Positions 27,750 to 43,533 of a stretch of 64,000 nucleotides of DNA are shown here, in pieces. Each line of letters opens with the position of its first letter. Positions within the stretch are counted from its first letter, which is position 1. Source of the DNA: the human T2T-CHM13v2.0 reference genome, Homo sapiens. The stretch is from NCBI RefSeq assembly GCF_009914755.1, contig NC_060928.1. One strand, given 5' to 3'. A program made the position numbers and the translations under genes. Under the pieces are notes generated by a model. It ran no database searches. It was not told where the DNA came from and saw only the letters and a program-made list of their open reading frames with translations.

Positions 27750-29900
27750 CATTTTGTTCAGTGCTAGTGCAGGGTGCTGTGAGAACACAAGTGAAGGCCA
27801 CCTATATCCAACTGGGTGTTGTAGAGTGTGGCCTGAAGTAATATGAAAGTGAAGGATTTAGCTAAAGAAAGAAAGAAAGGGGGAGTAGAGAAAATCGTGA
27901 CTCAAGCAGAGGGAAACATCCCAGGTGATGCCATGAAGGTACGATGGAACATGACAAGGCTAAGGAAAGCAAGCCAGTTATATCTAAAACACAGGTTGCA
28001 TGGACTAGTGTGGAGGAGTTGAGGCTAGATGACAGAGAGTAGACAGATGTAGTGTGTTAGCAAAAGAAATTTGAATTTATATTGCATCTATGGGGAAATA
28101 AGGCAGAAGTTGATAGTACACAACCCGAATCTTTTTTCTTCTTGGGTCATAGCTTGACTGTATTTCAGCCTCACTCAGAACAGGATGTAGCCATACGACT
28201 GAGTTCCAGGAATGAAAAGTGGCAGTGATAGGTGCCTCTCCTATGGGGGTCATCTTCTGTCTCATTTGGATGGCGATATTCTGAATAAGCTTGGCTGTCA
28301 TGTGTTGAAGATGCCAGAGCCTCGATCAGCCTGACTGCTGCCAGTGTAACACTAGATGTAAAAGATGACATTACCAGTGCTTGGGTCATGACAGCTGGGT
28401 CTAATTGTTAAAGCAGTTTGAACAATCCTAAATTGGGAATAAATTGAAGGATTGTAATCTGGGTTGTATTATAATCCGATTTATATTTGGGAGCTATATC
28501 TTTGACAGGAAGGATAAGGATGGAAGGAATCATTTAGGAGGCTACTGTAGATAATCCATATTTGAGATGGTGAGGACTCAGACCAAGGAAGATGATTAGA
28601 GAGTTATATCTAGCCTGCCTTTCTTTCTTTCTTTCCTTCCTTCCTTCCTTCCTTCCTTCCTTCCTTCCTTCCTTCCTTCCTTCCTTCCTTCCTTCCCTTC
28701 TTTCTTTCCTAATTTTTTTCCTGGACTTCTTTTTAATTCCGAGGTAAGGTTGCATATATATGCCAAGTAAAAAGGCAATGGCAATTGGGATAAGTGGGAA
28801 ATTCACAAACCCAAGACCTTTAGTAGGTAAATCTGTAAGATCTGGTGATTGATTGGGTGTGGTGGATGAATAAGGAGAAATCTAGAATGACTTACAAGCC
28901 TCTGGCTTCAGTAATTGGTTAGATACAGTGTAGGCAATTTAGAGAAAAGGCATTGTTAGGAGGAACAGTAAAAATGTTCTATGTTAAGCATGTTGACTTT
29001 GATTTGGCTGTAAATCACTGAGGAACCAAGGAGGATATGTCTAAAAGATCATTCTATTTGGAGTTCAGGCAGGAGGTCTGGGATGTTGACAATTTTGCAC
29101 TGTCATTTCTGTATAAAGCAATAAAAACTAGATGATGAGATGGTACAGGTCCTCAGACTGGTGACGGGAAATAAAAATTTAAAGATAAACAGAATAAAAA
29201 GAGATAACATCAGAGAGTGAGAAGAAGTGAACAAGGAGGTTAGAAGGAGAGCAAAATAGCATGGTAGTGATCACCAAAGCTGAAGAGAGTTCAAGATCCA
29301 AAATTCCACAGCGAAATTAAGATAAGGACTAAGAATAATGCATTAGATAATACATCAAGGAGGTTATTGTTGACTTTATAAAGGGCAATTGGAAAGAAAT
29401 GCTGGTGACAAAGCCTGATTGCAATGTATTGAGCAATGAATGGGTGGAAATGGAATCCAAAAGTACAGATACCCCTTTTAAGCAGCTAATAATTGGGCAA
29501 TAACTACAGAGGAACTTTGCATCAAGAAAGATGATGGACTTTTTTTTTGGCTTTCGATTGAGAACCCATTATCATGATAATACTATAAAAATAAGAGAAA
29601 ATTTTAAAGATATGGGGGGAGAGATGACACATGATGGAGTGAATCCCTAAACTCATGGGAGAAGAAAGGTGAATAGATTAAACTTGGGCAGGTAGTGCTG
29701 CCTCTTCCTCTGCTGAGAGAGAAGAAAGAAAGAATTGTAAGTTTATGCAGACTATGGAGCAAGCCCCCCTTTGATGGTTTATCTTTTCTGTTATATAGAA
29801 AATGAAACCATTTGCTATGAGAGGGAAGGCAACGTAGTAATGGATTTTGACCTTAAGGACAAAGTTTGGAGAAATCCCCTGAGAGTAGTGGGAAAGCACA
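27750..29900 (+). mobile_element. Degraded L2 LINE with internal MLT1 fragment (~28104-28436) and STR
   Basis: Purine-rich L2 motifs (aggaggctactgtagataatcca, tggagttcaggcaggaggtctgg). Boundaries approximate. Confidence 0.55.
28619..28710. repeat. (CCTT)n/(CTTT)n microsatellite
   Basis: About 15 consecutive CCTT units plus CTTT flanks. Confidence 0.97.
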
Positions 29901-32900
29901 CTGACTAGGACCTAAAGGGAATTGCTAGGTTGCACCAAGGACCCAGGTGGAGTTGGATACCAAGCCTTTGCAGGGGCAACTACCTCCTCTCCTGTGTGAT
30001 TTTTTTCTACCCTTGGCAGGATAGTTGGGATCCATTGGCAGAACAGTCATCTGACTGCTTCAATCCAGGGTTGAGGCTCACAGAGCTTTGTAGATGAATG
30101 AATAAGGTAGCAAAATATGTAAGTCATAATGAGCGAGATCTTTGCTAAAATGTCATGTGTGAATGTCGCTAATAATTTTGGCCTGTAAGCCTCATTGGAT
30201 TGTGTTATATGCAGTGTGGAAATAATGCTTTGGCACATAGTATGGAAATTCAGTATCAAAGAGGCAAAAAAGAAAAGCCTGCCTTAATGATTGACTTCCA
30301 GTGTGTGAAACTTGATTTAAGATATAATGGTGTTACCAGTGTATTTTACTACTCTCTTTACAGTCTTTAAGAGCTGTCCTAGACTAACGTTTATCTGCTT
30401 AACAGATCTTCCAGAAGACAGCAGTGAATTCCATCCTGACGTGCTGGTTTGTCTTCTTATGAAAACAGCCTAAGTTCTTGAACTTGAAATGGTGATAACA
30501 TATTTTCACTTTTCACATCTTATGGGTTTTATTTGGCTCCACTTTGCTCTTAGAAGGGGACAAAGCACCAGAGGGAATACACACATATATTTGAAAATTT
30601 TCCTCTTGGCTTTCTTAGTTAACCTACTGCTTATGATGCAAAATCACTGTATCTGATTTAAAATTGTTAGAGTGCAAAGCCTCATAATCATAAGAAACAT
30701 GGTGCTAAGTTTAAACTGGGAAAGTACTTTACTCTCAGAGAAATATTCTATTTTGTTATCTTAGTAATAATAGAAAGTGACATGTCTTTGCCACTAGCTG
30801 ACTTTTGTGTGTTGCTTTTCTTGCCAATAGCCACAGGGTTGTATGTTGATCCTGATGGATGGTGACACATATTGGTAATTATGTTGACATGAATTCTCTT
30901 GACCCCCTCCCCTTCATTGGTAGAGTGTGGGGTGGGATATTTTTTGTAGTTTTAGCTATGTGCCAAACTAAATATTACGTACTTACTTAGTGATTTATGT
31001 GAGAGTCTTTTCACATTTGTGATGTGGTGGCTTAATATTTTTTGTGTTGAAAAGTATATTTATGAACATATATCTGTACATATGTAGGTAGGTGTGTATG
31101 CTTTGGGGCTAACATCGTAACATTAACAAATTACTACAATTGATAAAAATAACTGAGTGGTTATTGAGCATTTCTGTGGCAGTTGCTATGCTATGTAAAT
31201 TATATATGATAGAATTTCACCCTCAAAATAAGCCCAATAGTTCAACTTTATTGACGCAGAAGCTAAGACTCTGAGGTATTGTAACTTGTCAAGGACATAT
31301 ACCATTAAGTAGATGATCCACAGATGACCCTAAAGTCCAGATTTCAAACACACACTCAACTACTCTTCTTAACGTTTTCTCAAAAAGCTTGTAAGAGTGA
31401 GTGTAGTTAATTAAGCAAAGAAAATGTATTTCCACTTCCAAATGGTGTATATTTGAATTTCATAATTTATGGCATCAAATGGCAAAGCTTTGTTAACACT
31501 TGTCTGTACTAAATGATTCCATTAACTGTTCCTTAGGAAAAATAGCTGTAATTGTAAGCATGCTTAAAACTATATTCTTTGTTTTCCTATTGTTTTATAG
31601 ATTATTTAATACTTAGTTTATATATGTCATTTATGTTTGCCCTTTATGTACATGAACAAAGATGAGGAAATTGTAGATGGGAATCAAAAGTCAGTAAGAG
31701 GTAAGTATTATCTAATCAATTTAACAATAACCTTATGTTGAAGGTTATTGTATGGAATTCTAAGATCTCCAAGAGACAATTGCTTTCTACAAGAAAAGCT
31801 ACTAAGAAATAATACTTATTATATGAGGCTAATCAATGGAATATTCCACAGTGAACTCTGATTTTTAACTCTATGGCTGATTTAGATGTGGAAATAGAAA
31901 AAATAAGGGAATAGGGTCTCTACCTTCTGAATGGAATCAATCAGATTCCACTGTCACAAACAATGTTCTGCAAAAAAAGGAAGAAAACCACTTTGTTATG
32001 TTGGCACTAGACTAAGCATTTCTGGTTTTGTTGTTGAATTTAATATTCTCAAAACTCTGTGAAGAAGGTATTATTGTACCCATTTTAGGTGAGGAAGTTG
32101 AAATTTAGAGATTATAGTCAAGATCGTACCGTAGTAGCAGAATTTGACTCTAAAGTCTGTGTTCTTGACCCTATGTCATGCCATCTTCCAAGGATTATAT
32201 AAAAGAAGCATTTCTTGGTAAGAATTCGTTATTGTGTCTTCGGCCCTGTCTATGAGAAGTATTCTAGTTTGCTTAGCAGTCACCTGTGCCTGCCACACTA
32301 AAGACTCATGCATTGATTTTTATCAGCTTGATGCAATTGCCCTTTTGTATCCCCTGATTCCAGATTTGCAAAGCAATCTTTAGATGATAACTTCATTTTC
32401 ACTATATATGTTTCTTATTAGGTGAAGAATACATAAATCAGCTATATGAGTAAAATTTGGGATTGTCTTTATGCAACAGTGTTTTATACATTTGGGTAAC
32501 GTATGTCAGTTTTCCATTAACTTATCACCTCTATGTTGCATGACAATGTTTTTATACCTGAAAAGGTAAGAGCCAGCTTCTGAACCACCATGATCATTAT
32601 GAAGCCTAAACACCTGTGAATGTTGGCCTGCATCGAACTGCCACATTTAACTTATCTTCTTATCTTAATACATCGCACAAATAATTCTGAAAATTAGCCT
32701 GAGACCGTCATTCATGGTTGTTAGTCAAAAAATCAAATCACAGATGTGTGAGAAAGAAAGAATACGTAGAATTATACTTGGAGTCAGAAAAGCAAGAACC
32801 AAAACTTACAAGCCTTATTTAGATTCAATTATTTTAATCATCTGCTCTCCAAACTGGAATTTCCCACGACACTGTGGGAAGTTCTTTGCTGATAACATAC

Positions 32901-33446
32901 CTAAAAATGTTATTATAGGAACAAAGCCCCCTTTAAAACTGATCATTTAATTTCTGAAGTTGGCAAATTCCATAGAAAATATTACACACTTGCTTGTCAA
33001 GTTTATTTGCTGGAAAAATAAACTCTCCAAAGAAAATAAAGTTCAAGATGACATCGAAGAGAATTTTTCTTAAATGAGGTTAAGGATGTTTGATATGGAT
33101 TTACTTTACATTCTCCAATTATAAATAAATTATAAATGATTTGCACCTACTCCTCCCTCCACCTCTGTTATTGGAAAGAAAACAGTAAAGAAAAATAATT
33201 TAGTTACACATCCTGGGCTATTTTTATTTCAATTGACCTAATAGATAGAGAACATGTTAGATTGAAAGTACAATAAATAATTAGAATTATCATCTCTAAA
33301 CAGACTAATTTTAACCGTAATCCTCATTTTCCCTCCACACAATTAAAACCAAATTAAGCTTCTTGGCAGGGGTAGGCAATGATAGATTGTGGTGAAGAGA
33401 CCAAAAGCTCCCTTATGTAATAACTGCATCACCTTAACTGAATTTC

Positions 33447-33751
<305 letters not shown>

Positions 33752-33867
33752 AGCTGAGTTTCTTTTAACATCTCTATGCCTCAGTTTTCTTATCTGTTAG
33801 TAGCCAAGACTCTTATGATTTTCCTATAAATTAGTACTTGCAATGTGTTTAGACTAGTGCTTGGCAC

Positions 33868-34443
33868 TGTAGGGAACTGCTAAAATATATTTTTTTACCT
33901 TCTCTACCCTTCTAAATTCATGGCTGAGGCTGCTATAACAAAAGATTAACAAGAGAAATGCACATAAATATATTTAATGTATATTTTATGTTGTAGGGAG
34001 GTTTCCTAAGAAAATAAAGACCTGAAGAAACAGTTAAAACAGACTTTTTTTAAACCGTAGGTTTGATGTAAAATGGAAAGTCATGGAGAAATATGATAGG
34101 ACAACGTGGGTATGAACTAAATGTAACAAACTGAGGGTCAGTTAGCAAGGCTGGTTTCTTCAGATTCCTCTCTGCATCCCTTCATCTTTGGAGATAAGGA
34201 TGTTTTTTCCCTTCCAGTATAAGAAGGGCACCTCTTGCATCCTCATGTGAGAGGGTCTTCTGACTTGCTTCAGGGAAAGGTCAGAAAATCCTTCCTAAAT
34301 TTCATGACCTGCTTCAAGGGAGAAGTGCAGGGAAAGGTCAGAGAGACCTTCTTGCTTCTGCCATTTTTTCAAATTCCTTTAGCTTAAAATATTCAGTATG
34401 CCACGGTGCCATCTTTCAGGGTAGAGTGCCCTGAACGCTATCA
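33868..34443 (-). mobile_element. ERV1 solo LTR (MER34-like) inserted in a MIR
   Basis: TG...CA ends, 4-bp TSD gcac/gtac; MIR sequence (tagtgcttggcac|atagaaaatg) resumes after it. Confidence 0.7.
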
Positions 34444-34763
34444 GTACATAGAAAATGTTCCACTAAATGTGAGACTTATAGCTCATGGCTTTCTTTCATT
34501 GAGAGCTGTTCAGAATTTGTCTTTGATTTCCGCTTCTCTGTCAGCACCACTTTGCAAGAATTCATTGTAACAATGTATATGCAACAGCACTGGCTCAGTT
34601 GTGTTCATTACTGACTCCCCTTCAGCACTCTCCTCTATTCCCAGTTCTCCCCGCTCATCCTCCGTTTCCATATGAAGATTCTGTATCACCCTTTCAAATA
34701 CCATTTCAAAGGTGCCTCTCTGCAAAGTGTTCACTATTTCCCTCACTTGCTTCTTAAAAGGTT

Positions 34764-35230
34764 ATGTTAGTTTCCTGTGGCTACTATAATAAGTTAACAC
34801 ACATTTGGTGGCTTAAACAAAAGAAATTTATCCTTTCATGTTTCTAGAGGCCAGAAGTTAAATTATGGGCTGGTCTGCCTGTCTTCTGGGGGCTGTAGTG
34901 GAAAAATTTCCTTTGCTTTTTCCAACTTCTGTTGGCTCCTGGCATTCCATGTCTCAGGCAGGTAGCATTACCCCCATCTTCAAGACCAGAATCTTTAAAT
35001 CTCTCTCTGCTAGTCTTCACATCACCTTCTCTTCTACCTGTGTAATCTCCTTCTACCTTTTTTCTTATAACACTTGTGATTGAATTGAGAACTCACTTAT
35101 TCCAAAAAAAAACTCCCCAATTTAATTTAATCACACCTGCAAAGGGCCTTTTCCCTTATAAGGCACGATTTACAGATTCCAGGGATTAGTGCCTGCTATC
35201 TTTGGGTGGCCATTATTCAGACTACTTTAT
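34764..35230 (-). mobile_element. MLT1 (MaLR) solo LTR
   Basis: ttagtttcctgtggct...ggtggcttaaacaaaagaaattta...ctagaggccagaag. Confidence 0.75.
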
Positions 35231-35365
35231 AAGAGTTTCCTAATTTGAATCCACAAATTTGTTGATATTTTTCTAATGGCACTAACCTTATTTAAAAAAT
35301 TGTGTATGTCATATTTGTTCTCATCTATTAGACTGTGGGTTGACTGAAAGAAAAAGGCATGCCTT

Positions 35366-35681
<316 letters not shown>

Positions 35682-37445
35682 GATATGCCTTTTTCTGTAT
35701 CTGTTTATTTTTTTTTTAATCCTCTGTAGTAACAAATTCAGAGATGTGCACATAGGTAACCCTCTATCAACATTTGTTAAGTTAAATTTAATAAATTTTC
35801 CAAATGTTACTTATGGTGACTGATATTATTGAAAATGTCAAGATTTCTCATCTGTCAATGTATACAAAAGCTGTGCTTCTGCCATATTCAGGTGCTTTGG
35901 GGGTTACCAAAATAAGATAAGAATTCACAGTCTAGTTAGGGAGAAGGAGATATTAAAAAACTATAAACAAGTATGAGAATGCTAAACATACAACGGGAAA
36001 ACTCAAGAAAAGTGCTCCCTTGGGGAAAAATAGTATTTCCAAGCACAGTCATGCCTAAAATTATTTCTATTATTGAAGTTATATCTAGTTTATATATTTC
36101 TAATAAGTAACTACCAAAATCTTGATTAACAGACTTTGAATATAATTAACCTGAAATGTGCATGATATATAATTAACTTTTAAATTTTAGTGACTAAGAT
36201 CCTAGCTCTTTGAGATATTATACAGAATAAAGGCCTCTGCACTTTTCTTTCTTAAAAAACAATTTTTTTTATATTTTCTTGTTCTTTTCTGAGATAATAG
36301 GCAAGCGTTTTATGTCTTGTTCTTTTGGCTTTTTGCTACCTATTCCCACTTTAAAACAATTATTATGCCCTTAAAGGAGAGGTGGCCTGTCTTACAGTTT
36401 CTTCTCCACCTTCTGCAGCCATCCACTAGTGCAGATTCAAGTGGCATGCAATCACTTCCATCTCTTCAATTATGATTTTCTGATAATAGTCCCTCTCATG
36501 TGGAGAAATGGCAGCACTTCTCTCATGATAAACCCTTTGGAATTCTGTATCCCTAGAGTCTGAAGGGCATCAAAGTTCAGCTCAGACAGGCCACTTTGGT
36601 TATGGGAATTAGAGTCTGGTTACTTTTATATTTTCAAATATGATACTTTTGTCTCCCAGTAACTTATTTGTAAGTGTAGACATAAAAGGGATAGCTTTTT
36701 AATCTGTGGCTTTCAAACTTACTAGAATCATTACATCTGGACTTTTGCTAGATTTTACAATACTTCTCTTAAAGAGATCGCCTATTCTTATTGTCTCTCA
36801 GTGACTTAAACGTCTCACATGAATCTAGATAATACAAACAATGAACCTATTTTGTTTTGAATATTTTTGAACATTCATGAGGTTATTGAGATGGATAATA
36901 AAAATCTTTCATCATCCCATCCCTGAAAATAACTTGTATTTTTGAACACTTACTAACTGCCACACAATACACTATGTCTTAGGTGCACTACAGAAGGTAA
37001 TTGTTAAAGGTACACTACACCTATATTGTTTTAGGTGCACTACAGGTGGTTCTTATGTTAAAGATGGGAATACTAAGGCTTAGAGAAGTTAAGTGATCCA
37101 TCTGAGGTCATTTAGATGGAAAGTAAAAATACGAAATTAGGAACCATTTTCCCATTTATTATTTCATGTGGCATCTATTTATTGAGAACGTAATATATGA
37201 TAGGCACATTTTTATACATTGGAGATACAAGGGTGAGTAGAAAAAGATATTGTCCCTTCAGAGGTTACAACAGAATATGGGGGTGGGGGCATTATTCAGG
37301 TCATCATATGAGTAAATGTAAAATTTCCTCTGTAATATGTGTTAGGAAGAAAGGAACATAATTGTGTTTTAGGAGGATTAGAGGCATTCCTAGAGAGAAA
37401 TCACAGAAGGCTGTCCAGGAAGAGGCTCTTTAAAGGCAGCAATGA

Positions 37446-38200
<755 letters not shown>

Positions 38201-40666
38201 CATGTATGCAAATATTCTGTATGGGAAGATACCTTGACTTGTCTTGAGAGAAAGCCAGTGTGAACAGTGCAGAGTACAAGTGGGAGCATGGTTTGAAATG
38301 AGCTGAGGAACCAGATACAGCCAGTGCATGGGACCACTTTAGGAATATGGCTCTTTATACTGAAAGCACTAGAAAATCACTGAAGAGCTTGTGATCTGAT
38401 ACACTTGTATTCTGAAAAGATCATTCTGGCTGCTGTACTGATGGGGAATGGGATATAGGAATGGTGAGGAGCTGGGCAAGATCCAAGAATGATTCCCAGG
38501 TTTCTGTCGTGCACAGTTTGAATTCATTGAAGAGGGAACACTGAACAGGGGACAGGATTGGAGAGAAGGATGGAAGACATGAGACAGTATATAAACTCAA
38601 ACGTGCCTTATTTATATCCTCAATGATAATCTCTTGTAGGCCAGAAACAGGAGCAGATTTAAGGGGGAACATAAAACGTTCATTTTGCATGTGTTGATTC
38701 TGAGATAACCTTGGAACATGCAAGTAATGATTTCAAGACGGTAGTTGGTATACCAGTTTGGAGCTTTAGGAAGAGTTTAGGGACAGATGTATATTTGTGG
38801 GTATTTGCTGCTTACATAAGAAAACTGAAAGACAGCTAGAAATCTTTGCTTCTCTTTGACATCACTATCTCCATTAGAGTATATTATCTGAATTGATTCA
38901 GAAATCTCACTGGCACAGCTTGGTGAAGGAAGTTCTGACTACTGGGGTTCAATCCCTGCTCTACCACTCATTAGCTCTCTGATCTCAAGTTTTGGTTCTC
39001 ATGAATAACAGAGGATCAGTTTAACTTAATTCAGGACATTGTTTGAGGATGAAATATGAAATATCTGTTTCTGAGTAGGTGGTCAAAAACATCATAGTTT
39101 TTATTGGCATGACTTGATAGAAAACTTCAGTTTTAAGGCTCAGGGCTTATCTTTCCTCTCTCTCCTTGCATTCTCTATCAAGCATTCCTTTCTCAGCATG
39201 TTTCAATCTTCTCAAATCTCTATTCTTTCAGAAGTGCCTCATCTCATACCACCCCCTGGCTGTACAAGATTTTCCATGAGAAATTTTACCCATGTTCTCT
39301 AGAGTTCCTGATCTATCCATTTACATCAACATTTGAGCATGAGCAGTAAGGATTCCAAATTAGTTTCTCAGTTTTCTCTGTACATTTATAGCTATGACTT
39401 AGAGGCAAATATAAGATTTGCTACCTCCCCTTTTTAGTACTATAAAAATTATTACAATTCAGATTTCCTGGTATATCTTACAATTGTAATTGTAATGCTT
39501 TAGCAGAATTCTTCTTATTTTTTATATAAGCCTTAATTTTTTTCTTTGAATAGATTTTTAATCTTCTAAACGTTTCATAAGCTACTGCTCCAAAGTTAAC
39601 TATTATGATGCTTTTAACTTACGCTGGGTGATTTTGTTTTTTTTATTTTATCTTATTGGGTGTTTGTGCAATTCTGCATACTGCACACAGCTCATCTCAG
39701 GCCTCTTGTCTCTGGCTCACACTGACATCCTCCTTAGGCACTCATTTCCTGTCTAATGTACTCCCTACACTCAGTTTTGACCCCATTCCACTAGCTCCTC
39801 ACTTTTCCCATTCTATCTTCCACATTGCTGCTCATGATTTTGTTCTAAAACACAGCTCAGGCCACTTCTTTGATTAAAATCCTTTATAGTTCCTTCTTGG
39901 CTTCAGGATATAATCAAGATAATATCACAAGGCATACAAATCCCTTTATTCCTTGACCCTTGCCTCCTTCCTTGTTCTCATTTTCCCTTTGTTCCTATTC
40001 ATCTTTCCGCCATCCCAAATTTATACGGATATATAGTAGAAATGCAACAGGAAAAGATAAAGCAAGAAATAGTGAATATAAATGTTAAGGGGCTGAAATG
40101 TTAAGCGTCCATGAAACTCTTCATTGAAAAAGTGATGTTTTACTACATAGGTGAAGGAAGTGAGGGAATGAGTTGTTCAGCCATCTGGGGGAATAGAAGC
40201 AGAGACAAACAGTGCAAAGGCCCTGAAGTGGGAGCATCACTGGCATGTTTGAGTAAAGCCAGGAGGCCAGATGACTCAAGAGGGTGAAGCGGGGAGACAC
40301 AGTAGTAGGAAGGGAAGAAAGTGGGATGAGTTCATGCTGGCAAGTAGGTCAGAACAAGGGCTTCGGATTTTATATAAATGAGATGGGAAGAAATTAGTAG
40401 ATTTTGAGCAGAGGAGTGGCATGGTTTGTTTTATATATAGGAAGGATAACTGTCTGCTGAATTATAGGCTGAATAAAGATTAAAGGGCTGCAAGGGTGGA
40501 AGCAGAGAGATTTAAGAGGCTTTTATAATAATCCAGGTAAAGTGGAATGTGTACTGGACCACAAGGGTAGTAGCAGAAATTGTTATAAATAGTAAACTCT
40601 GGAATTATTTTTCTTGTGGAGCCAGCAGGATTTGCTTATTACATATGAGGTGGAGGGAGAGGAGTT

Positions 40667-40792
40667 AAGGATGACTGCGAGGTTACTGACCTGAACAACT
40701 AGAAGTATTGCATTGTAATTAGTTGAGAGAAGGATGACTGCGAGGTTACTGACCTGAACAACTAGAAGTATTGCATTGTAATTAGTTGAGAG
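40667..40792. repeat. Perfect 63-bp tandem duplication
   Basis: 40667-40729 is identical to 40730-40792. Confidence 0.97.
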
Positions 40793-41556
40793 AAGGAAGA
40801 CTGCAGATAAGGGAAGCTTTGGGGGGAATATTAGAACCCAACTGTGGAAATGTGAAGCTTCAGGTATTTATTAAACACCCTAGTGGAAAGATAGAGTAGG
40901 AAGTCAGATAAATGGGTCTGGACTTCAGGTCAAGTTTGGAGATATACATTTGACAGTAATCACCATAAAGATGGTATTCAAAGCTATGTGAGTAGGTGAG
41001 TATGGGGGATGAATAAATGGAAATGAAAATGGTTCAATGACTGAGTTTAGAAGGACTCCCAAATTCTAAGTTTGGAGGAATGAAGAGGAGTTGGCAAAGG
41101 AGCAGGAGAAGGAACAGCCAGAGAGGTAGGTAGAATACTGAGAGAGTACGATGTCCTGGAAGTCAAGGGAAGAAAGCATTTCCAGGTAGAGAAATACTCA
41201 CTGTGCCATATGCTAGGATGGGTCAAGGATAATGATGACTGAGAGCTGAATTTAGGAACATGGAGATTACTGGTGACTTGATAACAATACTTTTTGTGGA
41301 TTGGTAGAGGGTCAAACCTAACTGGCATGGGTTCAGGAGGCAACAGAAGGTGAGGAATTGGGGATACCAACTATAAGAAACTCTATCCAGAAATTTTGCT
41401 ATAAAGAAAAAGTGAGAAATGGGGAGGTAGCAGGATGGGGAAAGGAATTTGGAACAAGATTTTTGTTTGTTTTAAGATGGGAGAACTAACTGCATCTTTG
41501 TATCTTCATGGGAATGATTCAGTAGAGTAGTAAACAGTCATGCCATCAAAGATAGA

Positions 41557-41951
41557 TGAATTAGTTCATTCTCACACTGTTATAAAGAAATACTTGAGAC
41601 TGGGTAATTTATAAAGACAAGAGGTTTAATTGGCTCACAGTTCTGTAGACTGTACAGGAAACATGGTAACTTCTACTTCTGTGGAGGCCTCAGGAAACTT
41701 TCAATCATGGCAGAAGGCGAAGGAGGAAAGATGTTTCACATGGCCAGAGCAGGAGGAAGAGGGGTTGGGGAGAGGTGCCACACACTTTTAAGCAACCAGA
41801 TCTCATGAGAACTCACTCACTATTGTGGCAACAATACCAAGAGAGAAATCTGCCCCTATGATCCAATCACCTCTCACCATGCCCCACCTCCAACATTGAG
41901 GATTACATTTCAACATGAGATTCGGTGGGGACACAGATCCAAATCATGTCA
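41557..41951 (-). mobile_element. MST (MaLR) solo LTR
   Basis: ataaagaaatacttgagactgggtaattta...ggggacacagatccaaatcatgtca; 5-bp TSD ataga. Confidence 0.88.
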
Positions 41952-43119
41952 ATAGAAAACAAAAATAAGAAAGAGAGAAACAGATCTAATGGACACACAG
42001 AAAGGTTGGGTTTAGATAAGTGATTCCTCCACAGAAACAGGAGATAATTTAGAAAATTATAGGCACAAAGAGAAGTAGAAGGAAATGGATAGTAATAAGA
42101 GCTCTTCTGATTGCTACAAGTTTCTTGGTGAAAAAAGGAAACAAAGCCATGAGCTGAAAATGAGCATTGGAGAAGAGACTGTGACTGCTTGAAAAGAAAG
42201 GGGAGTATGCCATCTAGAAGAGCAAGACAGTGAGTAAACTGGCAACATATAGTATGACCACCAGGCTGCATTCAGGCTGTGGTTTTGGTTTTGTTTGGGG
42301 TTCATGAGTTCAGCATATTTGCATACTTTCCTTCTGCTATATTTATGGGGATGGTGCAGGCACAGAATAGGGAGAAAGCTGATTTAAACTGGGTTGAGTT
42401 TTTGCCAAGGCAGTGCAACTCAGCTACAGTGGGACAGAGTTGAAGATGATAGCAAAGGAATGATTATAAAGATCAATGACAAAATATAAACCAAACAAGG
42501 AGGAAAATGAGGACGTAAAGGGAACGAGGGATAGTGAAAGGTGGTAGAATCAACAGACCGAAAGTTGCAGTCAGATAGAAAGTTTTTTGAAGGTGAATAC
42601 TAGAAAACAAGATGAAAAATAGGAGGTTATATTAGTCAGGGCCCTCGCAAAAAACAGTTGGAATATTCAAACTTGGCAATTGAGGAAGTTTGGCAAACAG
42701 ACTATTTACAAATGTAGGTCAGAGTTTAGGCAGCCCACATGGCACAGTAGTGCAGCACCCTGAGAACACCAATGAGTTATCACCCCTAAGCCTGAAGGGG
42801 GCAAGAGAAGGGTGCAAGCTGAAGAAGGTAGCTGTAAGGAGCAAGTCCTCTGCCAGGATCCCAAGATGGCCCACATTATTGGGCAGGTGGGAATTCTGGG
42901 AATACAAGACTGATTTTACTCTCCTCCTGCCCTCCATTTTTCTAAAATGATTCCCATTAGCCCAATCCATCATGGAACCAGAAGGCAAGACAGCTTTTTG
43001 ATGTAATCTATATAAGACATAGAGCAGGAGTGAGGCGTAAATTTGGGGCCAGGCTGTGGGGAGAACAGGGGTAAGGGTGAGATGCTCTCTAGTGCAGGGG
43101 TGATATTCAGGATAGTTTT

Positions 43120-43533
43120 TGTTATGGGCTGAATTCTGTCTCCTCAGCATTCATATGTTGAAGTCCTAACCCCAAATACCTCAGAATGTGACCATATTTT
43201 TAGACAGGGTCTTTACAAAGGTAAATACACTGAAATGAGGTCAATAGGATGGTCCTAACACAATATGACTGTTGTCCTCACAAGAAGAGGAGATTTGGAC
43301 ACAGGCATGAGGATAAGGAGGAAAATATGAAGACATAGAAGGAAGATGGCAAACAATAAGCCAAGGAGGGAGGCCTGGAGCACATCTTCCCTCATGACCC
43401 TCAGACAGAGCCAACCCTGCTGACATCTTCACCTCAGACTTCTAGCTTTCAAAACTGTGAGAAAATAAAGTTCTGCTGTTTCAGCCACTTGATCTGTGGG
43501 ACTTTGGTACAGTAGCTCGAGCAAACTAATATA
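43120..43533 (+). mobile_element. MLT1 solo LTR
   Basis: tgttatgggctgaattctgtc...gttgaagtcctaacccc...gcaaactaata. Confidence 0.82.

Larger units (their letters stand above)
40020..42620 (+). mobile_element. L2 LINE fragments (interrupted by an MST LTR)
   Basis: gtgcaaaggccctgaagtggg, ttttgagcagaggagtggcatg, ggagccagcaggatttgct. Boundaries approximate. Confidence 0.65.

Noticed and set aside
28077-28440. Complex-looking insert within L2, with 72-74 aa ORFs, considered as a processed pseudogene
   Set aside because: No poly-A and no protein similarity recognised; gtgttgaagatgccagagcc and the terminal tgttaaagcag...aatcctaa resemble an MLT1 LTR.
28534-28806. (RKEG)n repetitive protein ORFs
   Set aside because: Translation of the (AAGG)n microsatellite.
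40667-40792. Direct repeat as a CRISPR-like array
   Set aside because: Two abutting copies with no spacers, in eukaryotic repeat context.
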